Assembly (NCBI GenBank): GCA_037447605.1
Contig: CM074804.1
Span: 2,976,001 to 3,040,000 of the forward strand
Source: Zygnema circumcarinatum SAG 698-1b
Taxonomy: Eukaryota; Plantae; Zygnematophyceae
Direction of reading: 5' to 3'
Length of the DNA: 64,000 nucleotides
Program-made: the position numbers and the translations under genes
Notes under the pieces: model-generated
The model's input: only the letters and a program-made list of their open reading frames with translations
Databases searched by the model: none
Told to the model about the DNA's origin: nothing
Shown here: positions 23,479 to 37,435 of the stretch, piece by piece
Layout: the number at the start of each line of letters is the position of its first letter
Position numbering within the stretch: position 1 is the stretch's first letter

Positions 23479-23861
23479 GGGTCAGGATTTAGGGTTCAGG
23501 TCTGGCGCATTCATCGCAAGGGCCATGTCCTGGTTCTTATTTATGCGACAGAGATTCGTGTTGTTGTTGTTGTGTTCTTTTTACTTTACGGGATGTGTGG
23601 CTTTAGGCAATGGCACGTATCTATGTTTTTCAGGTAAACAGGCCGCACATGGGAGATAGCCAGAGTTCAGGTAAAGGGAGTGGAGGGTGTTAGGGCTGAG
23701 GGCACGATGTGGCCATGCACAGAATGTGTGCAGCCTTTCCCAGAGAAAGTAGCATAACTTATTGTTTAATACTTAAAACAATGTTTCTCACTCCGAGCTT
23801 GAAGTACTTACATTACGTCTACAGTGCTCTGTCTCATGCCTTTAGAAACCTTTGGAATCTT

Positions 23862-26526
23862 TCAAGGAGCCCCACCCTGCAAGTAGGCCAATAGGTTCTC
23901 ATGCATCGGGTCGCTACAAAAGTCAGCCAAGTTTTCTATGGGGCCCTTTCCAGTCACCACAGCCTGCCCGGAAAATCCCAGCCATGCCACCATGGCTAGG
24001 CGCGCATGCTTGATCTCCTTCACCTGCACACGTCCCCATGGCACCATAGGATGGATGTTTTGATAGAGAGACAGAGAGCAGAGAGGAGACGGAGAGGGAG
24101 GAGAGGGGAGGGGGGAGNNNNNNNNNNGGAGGGGGGAGGGGGGAGGAGAGGCAAAGGAGGGAGGAGAGGGTGAGGGAGAGGGTGAGAGAGAGAGCGAGAG
24201 AGGATCATCCAAATGGAACAATTCTCAAGTGATATATTGCAACGAGCATTCATTTGTTCAGTAGAAGAAAGTCTGTACAGTAACAAGGGTTCACTGTAGG
24301 TTCTCGCATGCTTAAGGTTTCAAGCTGCGTGAATCAACGGCAGGAATAAGCCTTTCCTTAGTCTGCTCACATCTCCACTCTCTCAAGCATAGCTCCAAAA
24401 AGCAGACCTTGAGATCTTCAAAGGCAGCCGCCTCTTTACTGAGGTCCAAGGGATCAAAGGGCCCCCCCGGGTAGTTGATGTCCCCAGGGAGGTAAATCCC
24501 GAGAGGTTGCAGAGCTCCAATCCCAACATATCGCGCATATTCAGGGCCCAACTGCGCGATACAAAACAAGGTAAAAAAACAAAAGAATGCACGTTCTTGT
24601 CTTCACGTAGCAAGGGAGAGTTTCTTAGTGCCTCAACAAAGGGAAAAAGTAAAGAAAAAAATTTGCAAGCGCTGGCATGAGCCAATAAAAGCGAGCCATG
24701 TGCTTACCATGAGAAGAAACTGAGCTATGGCGATAACAACCACCCCTTGCCCTCCTGCAATGTGGAGTCCGGGCACTCCCAAATAGTCCAAAGTGTCCCC
24801 CTGCCAGAGGCTCCTATAGAAGAAGTCAGCTCCTGTTTCAATACAGACGCATTCGTCGCTATAGAAAAAAAATTGCATCCCGCTTGCTCACCGGCGGGGC
24901 CTCCCATTCTTGCAAGAGCTGCTAACAATGCAGCAGTTCAGGAAAAGTGATTTTTTAACAAATTTCTAAGTACAGTGTATCCCCTCTGGATAAACCCCTC
25001 TAACTTTTAAAATCTTCCTAGAACCACTTTCAACCACCCATGGACTTGCGGAGGTTTCCTGCCCAAAACAGGACAGCTATGGCCCTTAACCGTAATTTTC
25101 TGCTCCCCCTGTAACTCAATCACCTCCATAGCTTCACAGCTTTTTGTTTCCACCGAGCCCATGAAGTGGTTAGACTGCAATCTTGGGCCAATACGGTTCT
25201 GCCACGTGGCTCACCTGCAGCTTAGCATAGCCCACTTTCCACCAGACCGGCTCGGCAAAGTCCACACCTCCAAAGCGAATGAGAAGCTCTGGAACAACTG
25301 CCCCTAGGGCGCCTAGCATCGCCCATCTTCCATGGAGGATTTCAAAGCTGCACGATCCACAAATTCCTGCCAATTATTGCCTCTCTACACTCTTCAAATC
25401 AGTAAATTTTTTACTTTTCTACTTCTTCTTTGTCTTTAAGGTTCAAAAATGAAGTGAAGACGATTGAGTAGAAACAACGAGATGTCCAGTGGTTATCCAT
25501 TTCACACGCTTCTGATCAAGACCTTGAAGCGAGCTTCTGTTGCAAGTGAGAAACGGAATGCATTCAAGGTTTACTTGAAGTTTTTGTCGAAAGTGCTCTG
25601 CTCCTTCCCAAGCTCAAGCAAGTCATATCCATAGTCTCCAGCGACCTCTCCAGCGAGATATGAAGGATAGGAGTACGGCAGAGGGCCCAGCCATTTAGGA
25701 CGATCAGGTCCATACCACAGACTGCATCAAAATAAGTCAAGAAAAAAATGGGGTGGGAACGGGTGGACGAGCTTTAAAGAAAGAGTAAAGTAGTGCGCAT
25801 TGGACACCAGGTATATTGATCTTGATCTCAATCCTTCCAAACATGTTTACTAATTGAAGCTTTTCACAACTTTTAAAGTCACGTTCAAGTTCTTGCTCTC
25901 AAACCTCTCTTCCCGCGCTTTCCGCTGAGAGGCTCGGGCTGCAGCGGCCTGCTGCTCGGCCTCCGCCTTCCTCTGTTCCAGCTGTCGCTGTAACGCTTCT
26001 CCGACGGAACTGTTGGCGATGGCCTTAACGGCAATGAATGGAAATGCAGAGAACACCAATACCCCTGCCAACTGCATGCCGCCAAGTGTCGCTTCTCGAT
26101 ATGTAATTTGAATACCTTTTTCAAGTTCGCAGGCAGAAGGTTTATGTTATTTACTTACTATTCCCCTTGCGTTAGCCAATGGGTTTTCAGCATTTCAGGG
26201 GTTTGAGGGTTTTTAAATGATTTAAATTTTTAGGAGCGGTGAAATCGTTTGAGCTACTTAGAGATTCAACAAAAAGCTTCTCCTTATGAGAAGAACGAGA
26301 GAACGAAGGGAATTTAAGAAAAATGAGAATGGGAGTGACACGAGTTCGCGCACAAGAGAAGAGGAAGAGAGTGATAGGGAGGGAGAGAGGGGGAGAGGAG
26401 TACGACCTCCTGCCATTCTGCTACAGTAGGCTGTGTTCTTCTCCTCTCTCTGCTTCGCTCCTTTGGAGATGCCACATTGAGTGAAGGCAGAGGCCGGGCT
26501 AGAAAGGAGCTCTGCATCGTTCGCAT
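23862..26526 (-). CDS. LHCB7: Light-harvesting chlorophyll a/b-binding protein LHCB7 (~321 aa)
   Basis: Exons 26526-26407, 26071-25905, 25721-25575, 25347-25215, 24800-24708, 24551-24408, 24023-23862. LHCB7-specific N-terminal segment [24 protein letters not shown], plus [37 protein letters not shown] and [13 protein letters not shown]. Confidence 0.93.
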
Positions 26527-27294
26527 GCACGACGACGACAAAAATGCAAAAAACAAGTTGCTGATGATGGAGGCTTGAACCACACGACTGAATTTCCTTC
26601 TAAAGCGCTTTTTGCTGTATGGCCAATACTGAAATTTCTGTGCAAATCCGAAGACATCGTTCCTATGCAAATTTTGTCATCTCGCTGGCGCTGGCATTGG
26701 CACTGCGCTGTTCCTTGTCACCATGATGAGATTTTAATTATTTTTTTATGTATTTGCAGAAACTGTTGCTAAGAGTAGAGTCAAAAGTGGGATTAAAACC
26801 TTTAAGTAAGAACTTGACCCCTTAAACCTGTTCCTTAACATCTGTGCAGATAAAGAAGCAGACTTCATCCTTCAATTCCATCGCTTTGTCCCCCCCCCCC
26901 CTCTTTGGAAACGTAGTAGCAACTACGAAGCATGCGTTCCACAATTGCAGTTTACAGTTAGCGAGGGCCGTGAATGCCGCAGGGCTCCACGCGTACCCTC
27001 TCTGCGCTCCACGCAGGGGTGGAGGGGGCCCGCAGAAGCTGCTCCATGGGGAGGGACAGGGCGGAGAGGAGGGAGAGAGGGAGAGAGAGGGGGAGGGAGA
27101 AAGCTAGCGCAGAGAGACACATTTGCGCTACACTGCAGGACTGGGAAGTAGAGCCAGAAAGAGTTCAAAACCAGTACACTGCTTCCTGCGAAACATGTCC
27201 TGCAATCAATACAGTGAAGTATTTGTTTCTAAACGTCAGTGTCGTATTTCCGAGTGCAGAGCTCAGTAGCCGTTTCATACGTCAAGCAGAGAAG

Positions 27295-28474
27295 ATGAGT
27301 GGGCCATGGCGGCCTCTTCTGCGCAATTTCAGAGTAAGAGAGACGGCACAGCCGCCATGGCCGCCACCGCTCTTCCCTTTGCTGCCATGGCGCCGGCGGG
27401 GATCGCTTCTGGAAGAGGAGGCTCCCATTTTCCATTCAGAAAATCCAAGTTTCGCCGGAAACTCTCAAGGGTCAGCACCGTGTAATTTGAGGGACTATGG
27501 AGGAGCATTGAAGGAGAAGCTGGTCCTGGCTCACAGTGCATGCGTGCTGCGCCATGTTTCTGGCTCCGCTTTGTGTTGGAATGGCATGGAGAGAGAGGGA
27601 GTGGAGACGTTAGTGGATTCTAATGTGAGGTATTCTTCTGGCCGTGGCGGGGAGGAGGAGAAAGAGGCGGAGAAGGGGAGGGAGACGGGGAGGAATGGCT
27701 GGACAAGGATTGAGAGAGAGAGGATCGAGAGATTAGCGAAAGAATTGGAACGGCGAGAATCGGAGTATGGCGCTTTCCATCTTCAAACTGCAGACGCTTG
27801 TGTGGGAATCGCAATTGCGCATTTGCAAGCAGGGCGATATCGGGATGCTGAGCCTTTGTTTGAAAGAGTTTTGCAGTGCTTTGATCATGAATGCAGTGGG
27901 GCTAGTGGATTATCTCCTTCTGGAGAGTTGTGGAAAGGTGAAGCACAGGGGGAGGATGCATCACTGGAGCTCGTGGAGACAGCCAGTGAAGCTTTTTTTG
28001 CAACTGGCAGTATTCTGTGTAGGCTTCAAAGAATTTGAAAAAGGGTTAATTTGGTCGCGAAATGCGAGACATCTCTTGAAATTGGGAGGAAGCAAGAAGC
28101 AGGGATTTCTCTTAGCCATGGCAGATACATGCGAAGGCATGGCGTATCTTGATCTTCAGCGCTGGGAAGAGGCTGCAGCCTTTGGAGAAGCTGCGCTCGA
28201 TGGCATGATGGAGCTTGTTGGATCAAACCATCTGTTTGTGGCTCAAGCTCGGTTCAATGTTGCAGATGCATACACAAAAATGGGTAGATTGCATGATGCA
28301 CATGACATGTTGAGGTCAAGCAGGGAGGTGCGCGTGGACAAGCTTGGAAACAGCCATCCTCTCACTATCATGACGACAAAGAGATTAATGTCTGTGGCTA
28401 TGGAATTAGGGTTGTCGGAGGAGGTTCAAGAATGTCAGCTGGAGCTAGGGAAGGCAGAGGCGCTGGATGCATAG
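27295..28474 (+). CDS. TPR (kinesin-light-chain-like) repeat protein; frame break near 28030 (1-nt indel, or a 73/85-nt intron)
   Basis: TPR-like helices occur in frame 1 up to a stop at 28038 (DACVGIAIAHLQAGRYRDAEPLFERVL). They continue in another frame to 28474 (VAQARFNVADAYTKMGRLHDAHDMLRSSREVRVDKLGNSHPLT). Confidence 0.65.
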
Positions 28475-31422
28475 ATCAACTAGAGCATCCAGTTTTGTAA
28501 TTGCTTCAATAATGTTTTCAAGCATTTAGGTCGAGTTCCAAGTGTGGACACATAGGCCCAGCTGTATATATCCTTTGCTGTTACTGTGACGCCCTTGAAG
28601 CTCACCTGCATATAGCAACGTTTTACTTGGAAAGCTTCTGCTCGATGAAATGCTAAATACCAAAATTTTGAGTGTAAATGACATTGTACGGAGGCAATAA
28701 TTTTTTTCAAGTTCCTGCTACCTCGACCATAGACCGGGCTCCTCCCGTTGTTTCCGAATGGCGAGGTTTTTCTGTGTTTTTCATTTGTGTCTCTTTGAGT
28801 TCTCTTGGCCGGTAATATCGGCGAACTGGTGGCATTGTTTGTTGGTTTTGAGTTCCACTGGCCATCTGTGAAAAACTTCAGCCACAAATCGTAAACGATA
28901 CCAAACATGCCAACATGCATGTTGTTGGTGTTGCATAGATGCACACATATGGTTTGTCATCAATGGAATATGTATATGTAGAATGTGTGGGTTTGTTACA
29001 GGAGATTGAACAAGCCCCCAAGCATTCCACATGTTACATGTGTCCAGGACCCACTGACGCCACTCTGCGGCCCCCCCCCGGCCCCGCATGCCGGGCTTTC
29101 TGAGAGGCCCAACTTTGCATCCCTCCTTGAGGCGCTCGCACATGCGCGCCGACAGAGCAGCTCGTGTTCGGTGCTGTGCCAGCGCGACGGTTTAAACAGT
29201 ACCTTATCAGCAGGCCCTGATGTCAACTCAGCAGAAACGACAACAGAAAGTAACATAACATGACCGCGCGGCAGAACTTAGGGACTCCGTTTGCCGATCC
29301 ACCCAAGCCCACACAGTCCCTAGCAGCACAGACCCACTCAAAATAAGCAATAAACAAAGAACAATTAATTTCACGTTCCAACACGCTTAATAGAAAATAG
29401 CAATCAAGCTCTGGGCCACCGTCGCCTTACATGGCAGTCGAATCCCACAAACCAAAGTCAGCAACTATTAGAGCCAGTAAAACTAGAGCGCTGGCTGTCC
29501 AAAAACAGAACAAACCGCAGACCTACACAACTTCGGCAGTCCACCAAGTCTTTCATCAAGACGTCTAGACTCCAGCGTCTCAAATCTGCATGTTGCCATA
29601 GGCATTTCTCTTTAAACGGATCATCTCCATATAAAAGGTTATACCTCACCGCCCGACCAGGTCAGGCACAGAAGAGAATCAGCAGTCGCACCTGCAGTGA
29701 AACGGCAAACGATTCCTGTTCAGTAAGAAACGATACCTTCACATAGAACCAACAATGCTGGCTATTTCCCAGCTAACACTGAACAAGCTCAAACTCTATC
29801 ACTCATCCACTCTAAATTACCTTCTGTGGATAAGAAGCACCCCCCCCCCCCCCCCCCCCCCCCCNNNNNNNNNNCCCCCCCCCCCCCCCCCCCCCCCCTC
29901 GAGGGCACCAGACACCCACCCACCCCCACCCACCACACCCGGGAGGGGGGGAATCCTCGACCCTTACTAGTTCAGGACTTCTCGATCCAACATGATTCAC
30001 TTGTTTCTTGGCTGTTAACAGACAACGCCTGCACCCGCTCAGACCCGACTAACTACGGCCTAGCTCTCCCTTGCTCAATATGCCTTACCACAAATGCATG
30101 CCCTGCACTTTCACTACGTAAATTATAAAGGTTTTCCAACATACAAACCGTTGCCATGTTCTGAAGTAGCTATGGGTCAAGCTCGGAAAGAAAGGGAGCT
30201 CACCCAATCCAGTGTCAACTTGAGTAAGAATATTCTCTAAAAAATGCGACCTTCATCATTGCTGTTAAACTCCATCCTCTTTTTCTTGACACCCAGGCCT
30301 GAGTTGGTATTAAACAAAATGGCGACAACGATCTGAAATAATCCAGTAGACAGATTGGGTTATATTCGAACAACCAAAGCCACTACTGAGCTCCATGCTC
30401 AGTCTACTTAATTGCCATCAGCTGCCAATTTTGGAAGTTATCCATTCCAAGAGCGCAATGGAAATTCATTCAGATGCGATGAGCCTGCCTGCATGGGAAT
30501 AGTTGAAAGTCATAAAAAGCGCAGCCAAATAATGAATATCTATAACCCCACACCTGGCTCCGATTTGGCCTCAATTTTCACGGTCAGAGACAACAAGCCT
30601 GAACGTAGCCATTCTTCTGTCAAGAGGAAGTCCAGACCTGCATGAAGGTGTAACCGCATGAGTCAGCATGAAGAGTATATCCAATAGTGACCTGTGCAAG
30701 CAAAAACTTCTCCAGTCCTCTGACTGACTGGCCATAACGCGCAGCGCATAAGTCAAAAAAAACAAAATCATCGTCAGCTTGGGCAAGGTTTGAGTAAAAT
30801 TGCACAATAGGGTTTCAGAGCTCCATAGTCTCAATGGCGCGGAGGGTAAACTAATGTCATTTTCGAAATCATAACAGAGGTTACTGTACGAGGACACAGA
30901 CACTGTTGAAACTATCCGGATGGTGCCACCACACGCTCAGCTTAACAAAAAGACAGCTCAACTGCATCCCTGAAGAAACAAAGGCATTCCGTAGGTTGTT
31001 GAGATAACTGTGGCGCACGTGCACAAACCTGATTAAAAGGCCATCTGCCACAGGAATGCACATTGCAATCACTTCGCTTGCAAGTGGATATTCAAACAGT
31101 GGCACACTGGGTCCCTGCGATACTGCTGCTCCTTTCCGATTTCATCTTCATCGCAGTCTCATGCTCCAGCCCATCTTTACATTCTTTGCGAGATGCACGA
31201 AGGTTCCCATGAAATCAGCCCTCCTGTTTCTGTCCATGAATAGCTCCAGAACTCCTCCCAAAAATCCTATGTTCTGCGGATGAGATGCAGTCGACATAGG
31301 CAAGGAAAGACGCTCTCAGCCTGCCGTCTGCCAGTTGGCTTGAAGCTCTCCAACTGGCAGGGTGCCTGCCCTTGCTCCAGCTGACATGAAATTGACAACT
31401 GGCGGGGCAGGCAGCATGCCGC

Positions 31423-34038
31423 CTATCGGCGGCGGGAAGCTGATTGCTGTGTGAAGTGGAGGTCGTTCTGTCACCGCCCACAACGACCCATGTAAAGAAA
31501 CGACCCCGAGACAAAATCTAGAGAGAACAACAGCCAACTGATTGGCATTATTACGGATATCAAGCAGTTCAAGTAAGTCTGCATCATGGGAACAAGCAAC
31601 GACTTCCACAAGGACACATTCGAAAAACAGAAAGTCTTATAGGTTGTGCACAGTGACCACAAAGTCCCAATTCCGTATCAATTGCAAATCCAGTTACTAA
31701 AGTATACCTGGACCAAAGATGTCTGGTATTGCTCCGCTGTCATGTATGAAATTCCGGAGCCTCCCAACTGCATTGTCTGGTAAGTGACTTGCTGCTGAGC
31801 AGGCGGTGGCGGTTGAAAAAGGAGAGGCATCCCTGTATGGGATGCCATGCCCATTGCAGGACTTCTCCACGAGCCTCCAATTGTAGGATCCCCAGTGCCA
31901 AACTGGGCTCCCAATGGATGCATAGTGTGACCCCAAGGATTAGGCATCGAAGTCAAAATAGTTGCTGGAGTGTCAGAATACATGTTGTGCGGTGGCGGTC
32001 CACGAACTCGAGGAGGGCCTCCCACAATGCCACCCAGGCTTGGAAACTCCGTATTGTATGTCATCATAGGCGCATAGAGAGGTTGAATGCCATATGGAGT
32101 CATAGGAGCAGCACCAAAACCTTGGTCAAATCTCTGGGAATACCTGCAGTACAGTCATGACCAAACATATCAGCAAGAAAAAAAAACAAACAAATGCATA
32201 CAACCAAAGGCAGACTTGCATAAGTAACAAGTACACTTATTGCCTACAATAGTACTACATTCCATATGGAATTGGACTTCCAAGTGGTAAGGTCTAAAGC
32301 CCTACAACAAACAGCAGTCTGCAACCACAAACCCACATCCGAACTCGTCTTTAAAGAACTAATTAAAAAAAATCTTCAGATCTAATTTCTTGATAAGATA
32401 AGAGATAGATGAAGCACCTGTCATAGTTGCGATCATAGTCAGGGTCCCTGCGTTCCTTCTCACGATCTCGGAGTATTGCAACTCGAGCGACACGGTTTTT
32501 TCCTGTGCCATCATCCCCTGCAATACTGTTCGTCTTGATCTTACTTGACTCTTTGCTGTCACCAGTACCCCTCCCACCATTAGCACTTACACTCCCGCCA
32601 TCCGCCAAAAAACCTGAGCTCCATGACGGTGCTCCTTTCTTATCAGAATCGTCAGTTGCAGCGGATCCAGAATCATCAGCAGAGGAGGTTGCTGGGGTCT
32701 CCTTATCGAGGGCATCTACTAAGCCTAAAGTATAATCAGGGCTGTTTCTATCGTCTTGCCCATCCTCCTCAACGTCACCAGCTAAGCCCTTCAAGCTATC
32801 GTTACTGAAAATTCTCGCCCTTGCTTTGTTGTACTCTTCCTTACGTTCCTCCATGGTCTTCGGAGGATTCAAGAGCGAGCCTGATGAATTGAATGCACCA
32901 TTACCTCGATGTAAATGATTCGACGGCCGCTGTTTAATAGCCACCTTCACAGGGCCCTTATCAGCACCTAGAGCCTCCTGTGCACTTGTTGAATCGCATG
33001 ACGGATATGGGATGTCTGCCAACCTCACAGGGGGCATGTGGGTGTCTTTTGTTTTCTTAGCAATTATGCGTCCACCCTCTCCGCCTGGCGAGTCCAGTAC
33101 TTGAGTCTGCAAGAAATAGTGTTGCGCTACTCTGTGTGCTGCCAATCGGTAATAGGACGAGGTCATAGGTTGGAACTCCAACATTTGAAGGTCTGGACTG
33201 CGCAGAAACTTCTCCACCTCCTGCTCCAACCGGAGAACTGCCAAACCACATAATAGTCCATGTATGAGTCCCGTAGCTTCAAACAACTTCAAAATTTGAT
33301 ACAAACATATTTATATAAATGTCCCTACTGGAATAACATCAATCTCAACCTCCTCCTCCTTCACCACATGCACGGACAAAGTTTCAAAAACGTCTAATAT
33401 GTCAAGAAGACTTATAACAGTTACATCATCTTGCAAAAGCGGAGACATAACCTTTAAAAGACGTCACAGCAAATGTAGATGACAAGATTCAAACATCTCT
33501 GCCCTTGTAAGCAAAACTGTTAAAGTCGACTACTGGCCAGAAATCAACATTGTCACATTGATGAACAAAACCAAATTCAGGAACTTACGAACATCCAAAA
33601 CAGAAGCACTTCTGCAACGAACAAAGGTTCGAGAACAACAGCAACAATGCCTAAGATGCGACACAACCACTATACAAAAAAAGGTGGGCTGCAAAATACT
33701 CCAAGCTTTCACCAGTCCTGCAAGGAGCATCAAATCATACTTGTCAAACGGTCCCGCGAATTCTGCAGAGCCTCGCGGAGGAAAGTGTCCACCTGCTCCA
33801 AGTCCTGCTGCCATGCTCTGCTGCCTGACCTTGAACCCGGGCTATCCCAAACACTTGCGTCCTCTCCTTTCTTCTGAACTCCTGCAACTACACCAGACCC
33901 CCCTTGTCCCGCAAGACCTTCCTCCTTCCCCGCTGCCGCATTCAACCTCAAACCCTCCATCTGCTGGTCGAGGTCCGCTGTCTCCCAGGAGTCCGGCGCA
34001 TGGACGCCGACATCCTTCTGCCCTCCACCGCTATCCAT
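31423..34038 (-). CDS. R3H/SUZ-domain RNA-binding protein
   Basis: Exons 34038-33741, 33237-32418, 32143-31708 and a tentative last exon 31446-31423. R3H: FLREALQNSRDRLTILRLEQEVEKFL...SSYYRLAAHRVAQHY. SUZ: KTMEERKEEYNKARARIF. The 3' end is uncertain. Confidence 0.85.
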
Positions 34039-35641
34039 GGCTTCCCTACTGCCTTCCCTGCTCACAACATTGGACCGCCATGGCTACCTTCTGCTCCAAG
34101 CGCTGCTCCTCAGGAGGAGCTCCCACAAGAGAGGCCACGTGTCGAGCAGAGGCCGATCCTGGACCCCACACGTGCGAAGAAACATCCGCCGAAATCGACC
34201 TCCTGGAACCTCAGAAGCTCTTTAGCTCCGGCGGGAGAGGGCAGGCGAAAAAAATTTCGTGCCCGGGCAGGGTCGAAAGTGGTGCGTTGTCGTGCGCTGA
34301 TTGGTTTGATAGTGAGTGGGTGCGTGTTCAACCGTTCGATCAAGGGTTTTAGAATTTCCACATCGACGGCGAGGAAAATGCAACGGCCCGAGGGTTTTGG
34401 GCAGCGGCCCCGAGGGAGGGAGGTAGCCTGCGCCCGCCGGCGGGCCGGGCAGAGGCGGTTTGGCTGCATCGCGCGGGGAGAGGGGGGGTTGGGGCAGTTG
34501 CCGCGAAAGTGCTGGTCGGCCAATCAGAGCGCGCGGGCCGCGAAGAAATTTCACGGATTCTGGTGCACAGGACGACATGGAACGGCTGACGTGGACCCGC
34601 TGAGCAAAGACTTTAAGACTGTCGGCGTTAAGGGGGACCGGCGGCGCATTTGCGGGCGGTGGCAACGACTAAAGGCGGGCAGGCGTTCACACGGTCGGGC
34701 GACAAGCTCAGCGCTGGTCCTATGCTCATCCGCCCCACGACGACGACCCGCCCGCTCGTTCACACGCACTGCGGCTGCTCTGGCGAACCGGAGCTCGCCG
34801 CCTGTGCACGATTTCATCGGCGGCACGACGACGACATGGAGATGGGACGTTCAGCGCGAGCTTCGGAAGATTCAAACGCACGATTTTCCTGGGACGGTCG
34901 GCATGTCATGGCATAAGGGTGGAGAGGAGGGATAAAAAAATTCTTAAGTTAGGTTCGTCTCGAGATGGCGATGGCATCAAAATGTACGATTACCACGATA
35001 ATGTGGGACAGCTATGCCGGGTCAGAATTGACCTGTACACGAAAATAAGACTACGACTACGGGCGGCATCCTGCTTCTCGGCCTGAGAAAAACACCCGGA
35101 GCAGCCGAAAGGCGCACGCACTTCCGGTTTTCGTGTACTTGAGATGGTTATACACAAGCTTTACTGAGCTGGCGCTTGGCAGAATGCCAGGGAGCAGGGC
35201 GGCACATACCCCTAATCCGTTCTACGAGGTGGAGTGTCTTATGGACACGAGATCTCTCATGGCAGACGAACGGCGACCATATAATTCTTATAAAGTGATA
35301 TTTTATTCAAGTGAAATAATACATGGCAAACATTCCATCAGTCCCACAACTTCCGGATTTGAAGGCCGATGCTTTACCAATGAGGGGAGGAAAATCTTGC
35401 CAGCAATGCAAGAATGAAGCGACAGAAAAACGCATAACACCACCCCCGGCCGCAAATAGAGAAAATCCCGCAAGGCAAAGCTTCCTTCATTGTTGGATAG
35501 CCCATAACTTACAGGACAAAAGGCAGATCAAGAATCTAAAAAATCGCCTATTGCATTATACAATTCACATAACGATACTCAAGCTAAAGGTCCTCGTTTA
35601 TCTACCACTGACTAGCAAAGTAAGGAGGCCAAGCAAACTCC

Positions 35642-37435
35642 TCAAAGGCTGGGAAGGCGCTCAACCTCACCGCGAAGCACGGTGAGAAGGTTGTTTCCGA
35701 AGGGGTCACTCAAGTGCTTTGCCAAGTTCTCAACCGGACCCTCACCAGTGATGTACGCCTGCAGGAAGAAGCCGAGCATGGAGAACATGGCAAGGCGGCC
35801 GTTCTTGATCTCCTTCACCTTCAGCAGAGCAAAGGTGTCTGGGTCCTTGGCCAAACCAAGGGGGTCGAAGGAGCCTCCAGGGTGGAGGGTGTCCAAGCCC
35901 TGAAAAGGAAAAGTGCAGATTGGAGTGTCAGCACAGCCAATGTTCAAGGGAGTCCGTAAACCTACATAGCAAGGGAAGTTTGCCACAGGAAACAGAGCAC
36001 TTACGGTTCCAAGAGGAGACTTGTTGGTGGCCCTGTAGTACTCAGCTCCACCCAAAAGGACAACCTCAGCGATGACAGCGACAGCGAGGTTCACGGGGAT
36101 GGTCAATCCGAAGTACTGGAGGGTGTTTCCGTCCAAAAGGAGAGCGCCGGTCTGCAGAAAGAGCAAAAAACAAAAAAATCTAAGTACTCAACTGGCCTCA
36201 TTGTAGCAACACGGTACACGCATTTCAACGACTCTTAGGAAGGCAGGCCATAAACGTTCCGATATAAAGAGCGATTCATTATATACAAAAAATGGCCTTA
36301 AAAGGGCACGACTAATAAGTACCATACCTTGAACCAAACGGCCTCGGGCCCGCAAACGGCACCGTACTTGTTGAATGCTTCAGGAATAATGAAGCCAGCG
36401 GCTCCCAACATGGCCCACCGGGCATGGATCAGCTCATAGGCCTGATACCTGTGATAATCAGTTACGAAGTAGCATCAACATAAGTAATCCACCATTTGCA
36501 CGGTAAAGCGTGGTCCACCCAACAAACAATTGATGCTATACAATCAATCATAGAAAGAACATCATGAAGGCCAAAAGCCAGGAACTAACCTGGCGAAATC
36601 AGCGGGCTTCTTGCCAAGGCCAAAGGGATCAAAACCGTAGCTGCATTGATTAGGACAATCACAAGGAATAAAGAATTAGGATAAGGTACCATGTACGAGC
36701 GTAGAGGGCAGGTGCAGCCCTAAGAATTAGAATGTGTAGCGACAGGTAGCCCTCGGACTGTGTGCTTCAGTGCCTCAGCACATTTACGAGAGTGAAAATA
36801 AAGCAGCAAGAAAATGACTAGACAAATAATAAAATCTTACTCGCCGGCCACCTCGCCGGTCAGATACTCTGGGATCTCAGACTTCGCCAAGAAACCCTCT
36901 GGCAGGTAGATCCTGCGTTCAGGGCCTGCAAGCAAGCACATGCCAGTAAAGTCCGAAAATCAGAATGAGAAGTGAGACGGAACCACGAGCGAAGCTCTGA
37001 GAGTAGGCATGCAGGCAACGGCAAATTTTGCGAAATCCATATTCTTGAAGGTGCTTGTGTAACCTCCTGATATGAGACAATAGTCCTATCGCCTCAGCAC
37101 ATCCAAAATGCTATATTCGCCAAACGGTACTAATAATTAGGTCAATTATTCACTTTAGCCCCGAAAAACTCCTCTCAGCACAGGCTCTGACATTCCAACT
37201 AGCCGAAGTTAATAAGCAGACACCTACCGTACCACTTCGACAACTCTGCATCCTCAGGCGTTGCCTTCTTCACAGGGGCCTTCTTTGCTGCAGGCTTCTT
37301 CTTGGAGAACAAAGCAACAGTCTGCACGGAGGTGGCTGCCACGGTCTGCCTCACAGGGGCGGCCACACCGGCAACATTCTGTCCTAGGAACTCGCTCTTC
37401 AGGGCCACGACAGAGGTGGAGGCAACGGCAGCCAT
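35642..37435 (-). CDS. LHCB5: Chlorophyll a/b-binding protein CP26 (~289 aa)
   Basis: Exons 37435-37228, 36925-36841, 36640-36590, 36448-36328, 36151-36005, 35899-35642. Motifs [71 protein letters not shown]. Confidence 0.96.

Noticed and set aside
29458-30903. Protein-looking minus-strand ORFs (YNLLYGDDPF..., QFYSNLAQADDDF...)
   Set aside because: They could not be spliced into a continuous frame or matched to a known family; one begins at a donor-like site, so it is probably intronic.
33558-34935. 264-aa and 343-aa plus-strand ORFs
   Set aside because: Antisense shadow of R3H exon 1 and its GC-rich promoter, with no domain-like content.
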